A stretch of 64,000 nucleotides of DNA from Candidatus Marinacidobacterales bacterium (GCA_965224085.1 CBDCYI010000004.1:800001-864000), one strand, 5' to 3'. Positions 41,147-51,568 are shown, numbered from the stretch's first letter. The notes: a model not told the origin generated them from the sequence alone. Made by a program: numbers and translations.

Positions 41147-42499
41147 CTAGCCAAGAACCGCCTTGACGGATTCGGTGATGGTTTCCACCGTCCGGTCGAT
41201 TTCAGCGTCCGTGATAACCGCCGGCGGCGCGATGCAATAGACGTCGCCGCGAACCCTCGAGAAGAGCCCCCGCTGGTCGGTCTCGGCGAGAAGCTGGGGG
41301 CCGATTTTATCGGACGGCGGAAATTCCTTTTTCGTTGCTTTGTCCGCGACCATCTCGACGGCGCACATCAGCCCGAGGCCGCGAACCTCTCCAACGTGCG
41401 GGTGGCTCTCGAGCGCCCTACGCAAGCCGTCGTTAAGCCTTTTGCCTTTCTTCCCCGCCGCCTCCACGAGGCCTTCACGCTCGATGATGTCGAGGTTGGC
41501 CAGCGCGATTCGGCAACCGACGGGATGGGCGCTGTACGTGTACGCGTGCATCCAGATCGTATCGCCTTGGTTCAGCACGTCCGACACTACGTCGCTGATC
41601 CCAATGCCGCCTAGCGGAAAGTAGCCGGACGTGACGCCTTTCGCGAACTGGATCATGTCCGGCTTTACGCCCCAATGCTCGAGTCCGAACTTCGTCCCCG
41701 TGCGGCCGTAACCCGTGATGACTTCGTCCGCCACGAGAAGCACGTCGTACTGGTTGCAGATTTCGCGGATGCGGTCGAAATAATCGTCCTGCGGCACGAT
41801 CACGCCGCCGGCGCCTTGGACGGGCTCGGCAAGGAACATCCCCACCGTATCCGGTCCTTCCGCGAGAATCGCTTTTTCCAGCTCGTTCGCAGCCGCGACA
41901 CCTTGGCTCGTGCCCTCGGGCGCTTCGTAGCGATAAGGATACGGCGAGGGGATATGGACGAAGCCCGGCACCCGCGGCTCGAACATCGGCCAATAGCTCT
42001 TGATGCCCGTGGCGCTCATCGCCGCGAGCGTCACTCCGTGATAGCCCCACTGGCGCGAGATGACCTTGGTCTTTTCGGGCTCGCCTTTGAGCTTCCAGTA
42101 ATAGCGCGCGGTCTTGAAGCAGCTATCGCTCGACTCACCGCCGCCCGAAGTGAAGAAGAAATGATTGATGTTCGGATAGGCCCACTCCGATAAGCGTTCT
42201 GCGAGGTCGATCGCGGGACGGTTTGTGCTTCCGGAATATCCCGAGCAGTAGCCGAGCGTGCTCATCTGATCGGAAGCCACCTGCGCGAGCTCCTTGCGCC
42301 CGTGTCCGGCGAACACGTTCCAGAGGCCGGAGAGGCCGTCGATATATTCCTTCCCGTCCAAGTCGTAAAGACACGCTCCCTCTCCACGTGTCCAGACGTG
42401 GCCTTTTTCGTGGGCCGCGGGATTGTGGAGCGGGTGGATAAGATGCGCCTGGTCGCGCGCAAGAAGGTCGCCTTTCTTTCGGGCTTCGGAGGTTGCCAT
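41147..42499 (-). CDS. Class-III PLP aminotransferase
   Basis: DGLSGLW, EPVQGAGG, DEVITGYGRTG and FAKG motifs. Confidence 0.92.
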   Translation of the reverse strand: MATSEARKKGDLLARDQAHLIHPLHNPAAHEKGHVWTRGEGACLYDLDGKEYIDGLSGLWNVFAGHGRKELAQVASDQMSTLGYCSGYSGSTNRPAIDLAERLSEWAYPNINHFFFTSGGGESSDSCFKTARYYWKLKGEPEKTKVISRQWGYHGVTLAAMSATGIKSYWPMFEPRVPGFVHIPSPYPYRYEAPEGTSQGVAAANELEKAILAEGPDTVGMFLAEPVQGAGGVIVPQDDYFDRIREICNQYDVLLVADEVITGYGRTGTKFGLEHWGVKPDMIQFAKGVTSGYFPLGGIGISDVVSDVLNQGDTIWMHAYTYSAHPVGCRIALANLDIIEREGLVEAAGKKGKRLNDGLRRALESHPHVGEVRGLGLMCAVEMVADKATKKEFPPSDKIGPQLLAETDQRGLFSRVRGDVYCIAPPAVITDAEIDRTVETITESVKAVLG

Positions 42500-42524
42500 A
42501 GGCCTATCCTATCCCCTTTGTCAT

Positions 42525-43421
42525 CTACCGGGCGGACGCCCGCCGTCCCACAGCGAGCGCCTCTCGGGACGTGACGATGAAGACGCGGAAGCCTTGTTCC
42601 AATCGCTTCTCTATATCGTCGGGTCCGGCGGTAATACCGCACGCCACATCGAACTCTTTACACGCAGCGAGCACGGTCTGGATCGCGTTCTCGATCGCTT
42701 CATCGTCGCCTTCATAGGCACGCCGCAAATCGCCCGGTCCGGGAATCACGATGCTAACCCCTTCTGTCGAGACGATGGCGCGCGTGTTCTCGATACCGAT
42801 CTTGTCCTCGATGAGCAGCATGTTGATGAGCTCTCCCCGGGGACTCGCGGGCCAAACGTCCGCGCGCGACGTATAATCCTCTCGACTGACGCCCCAGTAG
42901 CGAGCCGCAACGCCTTGCCCATTTGGCCGAAGCCCCTTCGGCCGATAGCGCATGGACCGGACCGCATGCTCCGCGTCCTCGGCGCTCTCGACATGCGGAA
43001 AGACGACGCCGTGGATGCCGGCGTCGAGAATACGCTGTGTGCGATCCTGCGCTTCCACGAATCCATCGCGGATGGGCGGGATGCGCGTAATGATAGGGTG
43101 CTCGTTGAAGAGGTTTTTCCGGCCGACAAGATCGGCCCGGTCGAGCATGAACTGCATGTAGACTTGCATGCCGGGAACGTCGAACGGGCCGCGCTCCATC
43201 GAATAGAAGATGAAGTCGGCTTCAGTAGTAACGACCTCCATGGCGCTTTCCGGTGTCTTTTCTCCGGAGAAAATGCCAAAAACCGGCTTTCCCGAATCGA
43301 GAAGCGTGACGATCTTGTTGATTCTTTTTTCTTGGGCCGGTGCACTCGAGCTCGACATCAGGACGATCATGCCTCCGAAACAAATAAAACGCCAAAGCGT
43401 ATCTTTCAATCTTGTTGGCAT
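42525..43421 (-). CDS. HpcH/HpaI aldolase-family protein
   Basis: ILDAG..G.VFPHV, RYRPKGLR, LLIE and GPGDL motifs; start uncertain. Confidence 0.8.
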   Translation of the reverse strand: MPTRLKDTLWRFICFGGMIVLMSSSSAPAQEKRINKIVTLLDSGKPVFGIFSGEKTPESAMEVVTTEADFIFYSMERGPFDVPGMQVYMQFMLDRADLVGRKNLFNEHPIITRIPPIRDGFVEAQDRTQRILDAGIHGVVFPHVESAEDAEHAVRSMRYRPKGLRPNGQGVAARYWGVSREDYTSRADVWPASPRGELINMLLIEDKIGIENTRAIVSTEGVSIVIPGPGDLRRAYEGDDEAIENAIQTVLAACKEFDVACGITAGPDDIEKRLEQGFRVFIVTSREALAVGRRASAR

Positions 43422-43500
43422 AACGGCGGAGACTACCAGTACCGAACGGCTCACGGCAAGATGGCCCGAGAACACGCGCTGAACTAAACTAAGCTCCTCA

Positions 43501-44823
43501 ATGGAAATGGCCCGACAAACGACGCCCATGCTCTCCGGATGGGGCCGCCTCTCGAAACCCGGCAAGGAAGTGTTCTCCGAGGACCTGAAAGCGCTGAGCG
43601 AAAACGCCGTGCTTTCTCGGGGACTCGGCCGCTCCTACGGCGACTCGGCGCTCCCACCGCCCGGCCAGCTAGAAGTGGCGACGACAACGCTCGCCGATCG
43701 CGTGCTCGGCTTCGATGAGACTTCTGGCATCCTCCGTGCGGAGGCAGGCATTTCGCTTCGCGCGCTGAACCGTTTGTTTCTTCCGAGGCGTTGGTTCACT
43801 CCAGTAACACCGGGCACGCAGGACGTGACGCTCGGCGGCATGGTCGCGGCGGATGTCCACGGGAAGAACCACCACGTCGAAGGTACGTTCGGACGACACG
43901 TGCGCGCCATCCTACTGCGCGTTGCCGACGGCCGATTGATCGAGTGCTCGCCGACCCACGAGCACGAGCTCTTCTGGGCGAGCGTGGGTGGTATGGGGCT
44001 CACGGGTCACATCCTCGAAGTCACGTTCCAGATGCGCGCCATCGCGTCGCCGTGGATCTACGAAGAGCGCGAAACGGTGCCGAACATGGCAACGCTCGCC
44101 GCCGCGCTGAAAGACGCCGCCCCCGATTGGCCGTTCACCGTCGGCTGGCTCGATTGCCTCGGCAAAGGGCGAGGCATTCTGGTTCGCGGACGATGGGCCG
44201 AGGCCAGAGAGGCGCCCTCGGATCCGCCGCCGCTGCTATCGACGGTCACCGTGCCCTTCGAGCTTCCCAATTGGGTTCTCAACCGCTGGTCGATGCGCGC
44301 TTTCAACATCATGACCTACTACGTGCAAGGAAGCTCCCGTGGGAAGATCGTTCACCCCGAAGCGTTTTTCTATCCGCTCGACAAAGTGCGTCACTGGAAT
44401 CGCATTTATGGCCGCCGAGGATTCATCCAATACCAATGCGTTCTGCCCTCGGCGGGCGGCCCCGACTCCACGCGGAGGTTCCTCGATGTGCTCGACGAGC
44501 ACCGCGCCGCCGCCTTCTTGTGCGTGGTCAAGGACTGCGCCGAAGAGGGCCAAGGCATGCTCTCCTTTCCGCTTCCCGGGATCTCTATCGCTTTGGACCT
44601 CGCCGTCAACGCCCGCACGCAAACACTCGTCGACGGCCTCAACGAGACAGTCCTCGCGCAAGGGGGGCGCGTCTATCTCGCGAAGGATGCTTTCACGCGG
44701 GAGGAGCATTTTCGCGACATGGAGCCGCGCCTCGATGCGTGGCTTCTCGTCCGCAAACGTTGGGACCCCGAGCTTCGGATCAAAAGCGCGCAATCCGTGC
44801 GTGTGTTGGGAGATCCGGCTTGA
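43501..44823 (+). CDS. FAD oxidoreductase, DprE1-like
   Basis: RGLGRSYGD, PVTPGT..VTLGG..AADVHGKNHH, FFYPLD and YLAKD motifs. Confidence 0.85.
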   Translation: MEMARQTTPMLSGWGRLSKPGKEVFSEDLKALSENAVLSRGLGRSYGDSALPPPGQLEVATTTLADRVLGFDETSGILRAEAGISLRALNRLFLPRRWFTPVTPGTQDVTLGGMVAADVHGKNHHVEGTFGRHVRAILLRVADGRLIECSPTHEHELFWASVGGMGLTGHILEVTFQMRAIASPWIYEERETVPNMATLAAALKDAAPDWPFTVGWLDCLGKGRGILVRGRWAEAREAPSDPPPLLSTVTVPFELPNWVLNRWSMRAFNIMTYYVQGSSRGKIVHPEAFFYPLDKVRHWNRIYGRRGFIQYQCVLPSAGGPDSTRRFLDVLDEHRAAAFLCVVKDCAEEGQGMLSFPLPGISIALDLAVNARTQTLVDGLNETVLAQGGRVYLAKDAFTREEHFRDMEPRLDAWLLVRKRWDPELRIKSAQSVRVLGDPA

Positions 44824-45560
44824 AGGTCGCGCTCCTCGGGGGCACGAAAGGCATTGGCCGCGCGCTCGGACGCTTGCTCGCCGAGAAAGGCCACAACATC
44901 TGTCTACTCGGCCGCAACCCCGAGGAGCTTCTGGCGTCCAGCAGCGACTTGCAAATCCGAGGAGGCACATCGCAATCCGTGGGAACTGCGACATGCGACC
45001 TCCTCCGACCCGAAACCTTCGCTCCCGCTCTCGCCGCCGCGGAGGAGCAGCTCCAAGGACTCGACACGGTCGTGGTCACAGCGGCGCAGTTCGCCTCGCA
45101 GCCCGAGCTCGAAACCGACCGCGAGCGCACGCGCAACCTACTCGTGGTTAATTTTGCGCACACCGTAACTTTTTGTGAAGAGGCCCGGACGCGACTTCTG
45201 GAGCACGGCGGCGGCACGATCTGCGTGCTCTCTTCTGTGGCCGGCGATCGCGGCCGCAAACCCGTCATTCTTTATGGCGCTTCGAAAGCGGGGCTCTCCG
45301 CTTACCTCGAAGGGCTCGATCACAAGTTTCGCTCGAAGGGCTTGAAGACGATTTGCGTCAAGCCCGGCTTCGTGAAAACGGGCATGACTGCAGGGCTCGA
45401 CCCGCCGCCTTTCGCCGGCGAGCCCGAACCGGTCGCCCGCGATATCCTGAGAGCCATCGAGCGCGGCACGCCTCTCGTCTATACGCCGGAGATCTGGCGC
45501 TACGTAATGATGGTGATCCGCACCCTGCCCCGCTTCGCGATGCGCCGCATAGGCTTCTAA
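44820..45560 (+). CDS. SDR, DprE2-like
   Basis: GGTKGIG, SSVAGDRGR, YGASK and KPGFVKT motifs; TTG start overlaps upstream stop. Confidence 0.8.
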   Translation: MKVALLGGTKGIGRALGRLLAEKGHNICLLGRNPEELLASSSDLQIRGGTSQSVGTATCDLLRPETFAPALAAAEEQLQGLDTVVVTAAQFASQPELETDRERTRNLLVVNFAHTVTFCEEARTRLLEHGGGTICVLSSVAGDRGRKPVILYGASKAGLSAYLEGLDHKFRSKGLKTICVKPGFVKTGMTAGLDPPPFAGEPEPVARDILRAIERGTPLVYTPEIWRYVMMVIRTLPRFAMRRIGF

Positions 45561-45561
45561 T

Positions 45562-45741
45562 CTAGTCCCAGACGCGCCCGTCCCGGACCCGAAGCGTTCG
45601 GTCGGCGTGGGACGCCACTTCCTCGTCGTAGGTGACAATAATGAGGGTGTGCCCCTTCTGGTGGAGGGCATCGAAAATGCTGAGAATCTCCTCGCTCGTC
45701 TTGCTGTCGAGGTTTCCGGTGGGCTCGTCTGCGAGGACGAA
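45562..45741 (-). pseudogene. LolD/MacB-type ABC ATPase C-terminal remnant
   Basis: VLADEPTGNLDSKTS...IIVTYD (H-loop His replaced by Tyr)...RVRDG; no Walker A. Confidence 0.75.
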
Positions 45742-45804
45742 CCGTATAAGAAACTCTCTTGACGTCTCGAGCTAAAACGCACAGAATCCGTCCCGGAGGG
45801 GTCG

Positions 45805-47631
45805 TTGCTCGAACAAGCGTTGCCTTTCTTGCTGCTGGCGGCCGCGTTGCCCTACGACGTCGTCCTCCATGAGGAGAACCTCATGGTGCCGATGCGAGAT
45901 GGCGTACAGCTCGCAACCGATATCTACCGACCGTCACAAGAGGGCACGCCGGTCTACGAGCCGCTGCCCATCGTGCTGCAGCGCACGCCCTACGACAAGA
46001 AACGAGCGAGCGCGATTGCGTCGGCCGAATATTTTGCGCGCCAGGGCTACGTCTCGGTCGTGCAGGACGCGCGCGGCCGTTTCGCCTCCGAGGGCGTCTT
46101 CACGAAATATATCGGCGAAGGCGAAGACGGTTACGATACCGTCGAGTATCTCGCGACCCTTTCCTATGGAAACGGCAAAGTTGCGATGTACGGGACGTCC
46201 TACGCCGCGCATGCCCAAGCCAATGCCGCCAAGTTGAGACCGCCTCACCTCGAGACGATGGTCGTCAACATGGGAGGCCTTTCAAACGGCTGGGACCACA
46301 AGATCCGAAACCACGGTGCGTTCGAGATGCAGCAGCTCACGTGGGCGTTCCGAAATCTTGCCTCCGAAACGAAGGACCCCGTCATTCGAAGCATGCTCGG
46401 GCAGGAACGTATCGAGGATTGGCTCACCGCGCTGCCCTTGCGCAAAGGGCTCAATCCTCTATCTGCCGCGCCGAACTTCGAAGACTTCATTCTAACGATG
46501 CTGACGGAGTCGGATTATGGGGAGTATTTCAAGCATCCCGACGTGAACTGGATCGAATATCACGAGCAGACCGCGGACATCCCGATGCTGCTCGTCTCGG
46601 GTTGGTACGATTCCTACGCGGGCGGCACCGTCCAGAATCACCTCGGACTCTCGAGCTACCTCGATTCACCCATCCATCTTTTGATGGGCCCGTGGACGCA
46701 TGGAGGCAACACTCGATCCTATGCCGGCGATGTGGAGTTCGGCACCAAAGCGGCTCTCGACGATTTCTATCGCGAGTTCCACGTTCGCTGGTTCGACCGT
46801 TATCTCAAAGGCACAAACGTCCCAGACGTTGAAGACGAGCCCGAGGCCCCCGTGCGGATTTTTGTGATGGGAACGGGAGACGGCCATCGGGACTCGGAGG
46901 GACGCATGTACCATGGCGGGTATTGGCGGAGCGAACCCGCCTGGCCGCTACCCAAAACGGAATGGAAGAGCTACTACCTCCACGCCGACGGAAGCTTGCG
47001 TTTCGAAGCCCCGAAGCAAGACGTCGCCGCGACGAGTTATCTCTTTGATCCAGACGATCCCGTTCCGACCATTGGTGGCGCTTTTTCGAGCACGAGCCCG
47101 GTCTTCGAGCCCGGCGCCTACGATCAATCCGAACGAGAAGACTTTTACGGATCGAAGCCGCCTTATCTCCCGCTCCACGCGCGCTCGGACGTCCTCGTCT
47201 TCCAAACGGAACCGCTCGAAGAGCCGGTGGAGATCGTCGGTGGCGTGACGGTGAAGCTTTTCATTTCATCGAGCGCCGTCGATACCGATTTCACCGTCAA
47301 GCTCGTGGACGTCTACCCACCTTCGAAGGACTACCCTTCGGGATTCAAGATGAACCTCACCGACGGCATCTTGCGCGCGCGCTATCGCGAGACACCGGAG
47401 CGGCAAGTCTTGATGACTCCAGGCGAGATGTACGAGCTGACGATCGAGCCCTTCCCCACCGCGAATCGGTTCAAGAAAGGGCACCGGATTCGTGTAGATA
47501 TCTCGAGCAGCAATTTCCCGCGTTTCGATGTGAACCCGAACACCGGTGAACCACTCGGAAAGCATCGGCACAAAGTCGCCGCCGAGAATTCGGTCTATCA
47601 CGATAGAGCGCACGCGTCGCACATCCACTGA
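45805..47631 (+). CDS. CocE/NonD hydrolase (near full length)
   Basis: VPMRDG, RTPY, GTSY, GWYD, GPWTH and KGHRIRVDISSSNFP motifs; terminal LPV segment seen in the paralogs appears clipped. Confidence 0.85.
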   Translation: MLEQALPFLLLAAALPYDVVLHEENLMVPMRDGVQLATDIYRPSQEGTPVYEPLPIVLQRTPYDKKRASAIASAEYFARQGYVSVVQDARGRFASEGVFTKYIGEGEDGYDTVEYLATLSYGNGKVAMYGTSYAAHAQANAAKLRPPHLETMVVNMGGLSNGWDHKIRNHGAFEMQQLTWAFRNLASETKDPVIRSMLGQERIEDWLTALPLRKGLNPLSAAPNFEDFILTMLTESDYGEYFKHPDVNWIEYHEQTADIPMLLVSGWYDSYAGGTVQNHLGLSSYLDSPIHLLMGPWTHGGNTRSYAGDVEFGTKAALDDFYREFHVRWFDRYLKGTNVPDVEDEPEAPVRIFVMGTGDGHRDSEGRMYHGGYWRSEPAWPLPKTEWKSYYLHADGSLRFEAPKQDVAATSYLFDPDDPVPTIGGAFSSTSPVFEPGAYDQSEREDFYGSKPPYLPLHARSDVLVFQTEPLEEPVEIVGGVTVKLFISSSAVDTDFTVKLVDVYPPSKDYPSGFKMNLTDGILRARYRETPERQVLMTPGEMYELTIEPFPTANRFKKGHRIRVDISSSNFPRFDVNPNTGEPLGKHRHKVAAENSVYHDRAHASHIH

Positions 47632-47707
47632 GCTCGTCAAGACCAGCTCGTAATCGTCCATGAGGACGCCGCGGGTAGCACGGCGGGACGAGGATCGCCC
47701 CCTCCGG

Positions 47708-47725
47708 GTATATATAGGTATATAC
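47708..47725 (+). promoter_or_regulatory. Inverted repeat GTATATA-N4-TATATAC (probable autoregulatory operator)
   Basis: Perfect 7-bp arms, AT-rich, 11 nt before the ATG at 47737. Confidence 0.5.
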
Positions 47726-47736
47726 TCATCCATACG

Positions 47737-48201
47737 ATGACCGCCCTCGAGAGAATTTGCGCTGCCCTCAGTCGGGCCCGCCTGCGCTATGCAATCGTAG
47801 GTGGCCACGCCGTGGCACTACATGGTGCTGTACGTGGAACCGTCGACATTGACGTCGTTCTCGCATGGAACAGAAAGACCGTTGTCGCGGCAGAGGAGGT
47901 CCTGAATGAGATTGGATTGATATCCCGGTTACCGATATCAGCAACGGATGTCTTCGATTTCAGAAAAGAATTCATCGAGAACCGAAATCTCGTTGCATGG
48001 AACTTTTACAATCCCGACGACCTTTCGGAGCAGGTGGACCTCATCATTACTTACGATCTCAAAGGTAAGCGGACGAAACGCATAGACCTCGCCGGCATGT
48101 CCGTTCAGATTCTGTCTCTCAAAGATTTGATTGACATGAAGCGACATAGCGCGAGGCCGCAGGACGTTGAGGATGTCAAGGCCTTGGAGAAACTCTTGTG
48201 A
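47737..48201 (+). CDS. Small nucleotidyltransferase-fold protein (AbiEii/DUF6036-like)
   Basis: IVGGHAVALHG..RGTVDID and LIDMK...RPQD..D motifs; lower GC than flanks. Confidence 0.75.
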   Translation: MTALERICAALSRARLRYAIVGGHAVALHGAVRGTVDIDVVLAWNRKTVVAAEEVLNEIGLISRLPISATDVFDFRKEFIENRNLVAWNFYNPDDLSEQVDLIITYDLKGKRTKRIDLAGMSVQILSLKDLIDMKRHSARPQDVEDVKALEKLL

Positions 48202-48461
48202 GACCTGTACAGAAATTTTCGGACGAATATCTCGAGCGCTGCCGTGAAATGTCCCACGATGAGATCGTACGATTCCTCGATGACTTCAGAAGGATCCACG
48301 GAAATCGTCGCGGCAAATCTCAACTCATCAGCATAAAGATCCCGGAAGATCTACTCTCTGCATTCAAAGCCAAGGCGCGACTTTGCAACGTGCCGTATCA
48401 GACTCAAAAGCTAATCAAGAAACTAATGACCCGGTGGCTAAAAGACTCGCGAAGCGATTGA
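48198..48461 (+). CDS. CopG/BrnA-like ribbon-helix-helix protein
   Basis: KSQLISIKIPEDLLSAFKAKA...VPYQT; GTGA overlap with upstream gene. Confidence 0.65.
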   Translation: MRPVQKFSDEYLERCREMSHDEIVRFLDDFRRIHGNRRGKSQLISIKIPEDLLSAFKAKARLCNVPYQTQKLIKKLMTRWLKDSRSD

Positions 48462-48660
48462 CGGGACCTATTTTCTAAACGTTCACCGTCTCTCACTCGT
48501 TGCCGCTGGGAACGAGCCGCTCGAGCTCCTCGAGCCAGTTCTGGATCACAATTTTTCAGCATGGACTTGAGCTCTTCGCCCTCCTTTTCAAAGGGTTAGG
48601 CCGGTATCACAAGGGATACCCGCGGTTTTCGCTCCATGACTCGATGATACACTCCCGCCC

Positions 48661-50618
48661 ATGCCGACCGAGGCGCGCGCCGATCTGACGAAGATCCTAG
48701 GGCGACGCGACGTCTTGGCGCTCGCTTTCGGGGCGATGATCGGCTGGGGCTGGGTCGTGCTCTCCGGGGAGATGACGGCGCGCGCGGGGACCTACGGGTC
48801 CGCGCTCGCGTTCATGTTCGGCGCCGTCATGGTGCTGCTCGTCGGTCTTACCTATGCCGAGCTCACCTCGTCGCTCTCACGCGCGGGCGGCGAGCTCGCG
48901 TTCACTTATGCCGGGATCGGTCCCTTGGCATCCTTTGTTTGCGGCTGGGCGCTCGTTCTCGCCTACATGACGGTCGTGGCTTTCGAGGTCGTCTCGCTCC
49001 CCACAGTCCTCGGTTACGTCTTCGACGGGCTCGACGCCGGCAAGCTGTACACGGTCGCGGGGTGGGACGTACACCTTGCTTGGGTAACGGTAGGTATCGT
49101 CGGGGCGCTCGCGATCGGCGTCGTCAATTACTTTGGCCTCCGCATGTCGTCCTTCATCCAAGGCGCCGCGGCGACGACGCTCCTAGTCGTCGGTATCGCT
49201 TTTTTCGTACCAGGCGCCTTTCGCGGAGATGCGGCCAACCTCGCGCCGCGTTTCGTGAGCACTGAGGGTTTTTTTCGTGTCGTCATCATGACGCCGTTTC
49301 TCTTTCTCGGCTTCGATGTCATCCCTCAGGTGGCGGAAGAGATCAAGATCCCGTTCCGAGCGGTTGGCAAGATGATCCTGATCTCCATCGCGATGGCAAC
49401 GATCTGGTACGTGCTCGTCCAATGGACGGTCGGGCTGAATCTGAACGAGGCCGCGCGGCAAAGCTCGGAGCTTGTTACGGCGGACGCGATGGCCGCGGTC
49501 TACCGCAGCCCGTGGGGAAGGCACGCGCTCATCTTCGGCGGTTTGCTCGGTATCATAACGAGCTGGAACGCGTTTTTCATCGGCGCGTCGAGGCTGCTCT
49601 TCGCGATGGCGCGGGGCGGGATGCTGCCCGCGACGTTTGCCCGCCTGCATCCAAGATACGAATCGCCGGTTGCTGTGATTGTTCTTCTGACCGCGATCTC
49701 TATACTCGCTCCTTTTTTGGACGTCAAGTGCTCGTGTGGCTCGTCGATGCCGGAGGCCTCGCGACCGTGTTGGGATATCTGTTCGTGACCGTGTCGTTCC
49801 TCAAGCTCCGCAAGAGCCATCCCGAGCTCGAGCGACCCTATCGTGTGCCAAAAGCGAAACTCGTCGGGACCCTCGCCCTTCTTGCAACCGTCTTTTTCAT
49901 CTGTCTCTATCTGCCGGGAAGCCCCTCCGCGCTGATTTGGCCGCAGGAATGGCTCATCGTTCTGGTCTGGGCACTTCTCGGTGTCACCTTTTACTTCATC
50001 GCGCGAGGACGCGTGTCCGAGATGGGTCGTGAAGTGAACAACCACCGCCTAGAAGGCGGTGGCTTCAAGGGCTGTCAATTGGAAATTGACTGTCGTCGTG
50101 AAGAGGCTCGCCATCCTGGGAGTCTATGTACTCCTTTACCATCTCGTCCGTTATGCTTCCTGAACTCACCGCCAGATATCCTCGGGCCCAGAAGTGCCGG
50201 CCCCAAAACTTCTTCCTCAGGTGAGCAAACTCCTGAAGGAGTACTCGGGAGCTTATTCCTTTTAGCCACTGCACGATCGTACTCAGGTCCTGGTGTGGTC
50301 GGTAGGATACGAACACGTGGACGTGGTCGCGTGCAACCTTACCCGAGATTATGTGCAGCTCATGTTCCATCGCGATCTGACGAATCAGATCGCGCACACG
50401 AACCGCTACTGGACCGATCAAAACCTTTTTACGATATTTCGGTATCCAAACGATGTGCGCTTTTAGGTCCGTTTTCGTGTGCGCTCCGTGCCTGTAGTGA
50501 CGCACGCGACCACAATACCACGATCTTCTCTTCGCCTAAAGGCGAGGGGTTTCGACCATCCCCGGAAGAGACACTAAAGCGCAAAGCGATCCTCGGCGAC
50601 TACGCCGGTAAGCTTTAA
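48661..50618 (+). pseudogene. APC-family amino-acid permease, frameshifted and IS-interrupted
   Basis: FGAMIGWGW and FLGFDVIPQ.AEE motifs; -1 shift in T-run 49713-49718; C-terminus KRKAILGDY lies beyond the IS200. Confidence 0.85.
50034..50576 (-). mobile_element. tnpA: IS200/IS605-family element, tnpA only (CDS 50065-50505)
   Basis: HIVWIPKYR, HUH motif DHVH, FWARGY and catalytic Y..Q; subterminal hairpins ccaccgcc-tagaa-ggcggtgg and tcgcc-taaa-ggcga. Confidence 0.92.
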
Positions 50619-50667
50619 CTCATGTCGAGCCCCGACTAGACCGTCCTTGGTACAATTGGCTAGCGAC

Positions 50668-51513
50668 ATGAAAGAGTCCGGCGTCAACTTCTACGAATCG
50701 AGCGGCAAAGTCTTCATCAAGAGCCAAGCGGAGCTCGACACGATGGCGGCGGCGGGCCAGCTCGCCTCTGAATGTCTAGCGTGGATCGTCAAACAAGTCC
50801 AGCCCGGGATGACGACGCAGAACATCGACGACTTACAGGTCGACTTCGCGAAACGCCACCACGTTGTCGCCGCGCCGCTCCACTATCGCGGCTTCCCGAA
50901 GAGCATCTGCACCGCGGTCAACGATGTGATTTGCCACGGCATCCCGAACCAGAATCATGTTCTGAAGCAAGGCGATATCGTCGGCATCGACGTCACGCTC
51001 GTCGTGGACGGATTCCACGGCGACAATGCTGCGACGATCCCCGTCGGCGCTGTAAGCGCGTCGACCATGTCGCTTCTGACCACAACGCTCGAAGCGCAGC
51101 GACGCGCCATCGAAGCGGTGAAGCCTGGCGCACGGATCGGCGATATCGGGCACGCCATTCAATCTCTTGTCGAGCCCAAAGGCTTTTCCGTCGTACGGGA
51201 TTTCGTGGGACACGGCACCGGCCGCGGCTTTCATGAAGCGCCTCAAGTACCTCACTACGGAAGGCCGGGCCGCGGGTTGCGGCTCACGCCGGGGCTCGTC
51301 TTCACCATCGAGCCCATGATCAACGAAGGCGCGTGGGAGATGGAGATCCTCGACGACGGTTGGACCGCTGTTACGATCGACGGAAAGCTCTCAGCTCAAT
51401 ACGAGCACACGCTCGCGGTCACGAAAGACGGCGTGCGCGTCTTGACGGTCCAAAACGACGAAGGCCGGTGGGAGCCTCCGGGCGGTTGGGCCCCCGAAGG
51501 CTACACCTTCTAA
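50668..51513 (+). CDS. map: Methionine aminopeptidase type I
   Basis: CHGIP, GDIVGIDV, GD, GHG..FHE, EPMIN and QYEHT motifs. Confidence 0.95.
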   Translation: MKESGVNFYESSGKVFIKSQAELDTMAAAGQLASECLAWIVKQVQPGMTTQNIDDLQVDFAKRHHVVAAPLHYRGFPKSICTAVNDVICHGIPNQNHVLKQGDIVGIDVTLVVDGFHGDNAATIPVGAVSASTMSLLTTTLEAQRRAIEAVKPGARIGDIGHAIQSLVEPKGFSVVRDFVGHGTGRGFHEAPQVPHYGRPGRGLRLTPGLVFTIEPMINEGAWEMEILDDGWTAVTIDGKLSAQYEHTLAVTKDGVRVLTVQNDEGRWEPPGGWAPEGYTF

Positions 51514-51568
51514 AACGCTCCGCCTGTCATCACAGCGGTGCCGGCGGAGTGACGATACGGCGAGGCGT

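Noticed and set aside
43791-45560. 589-aa ORF
   Set aside because: Only the last ~246 aa is the SDR; the rest is an alternative frame of the DprE1-like gene.
50034-50576. TnpB/omegaRNA or IStron
   Set aside because: The element is only ~0.54 kb with tnpA alone; no tnpB and no room for a group I intron core.
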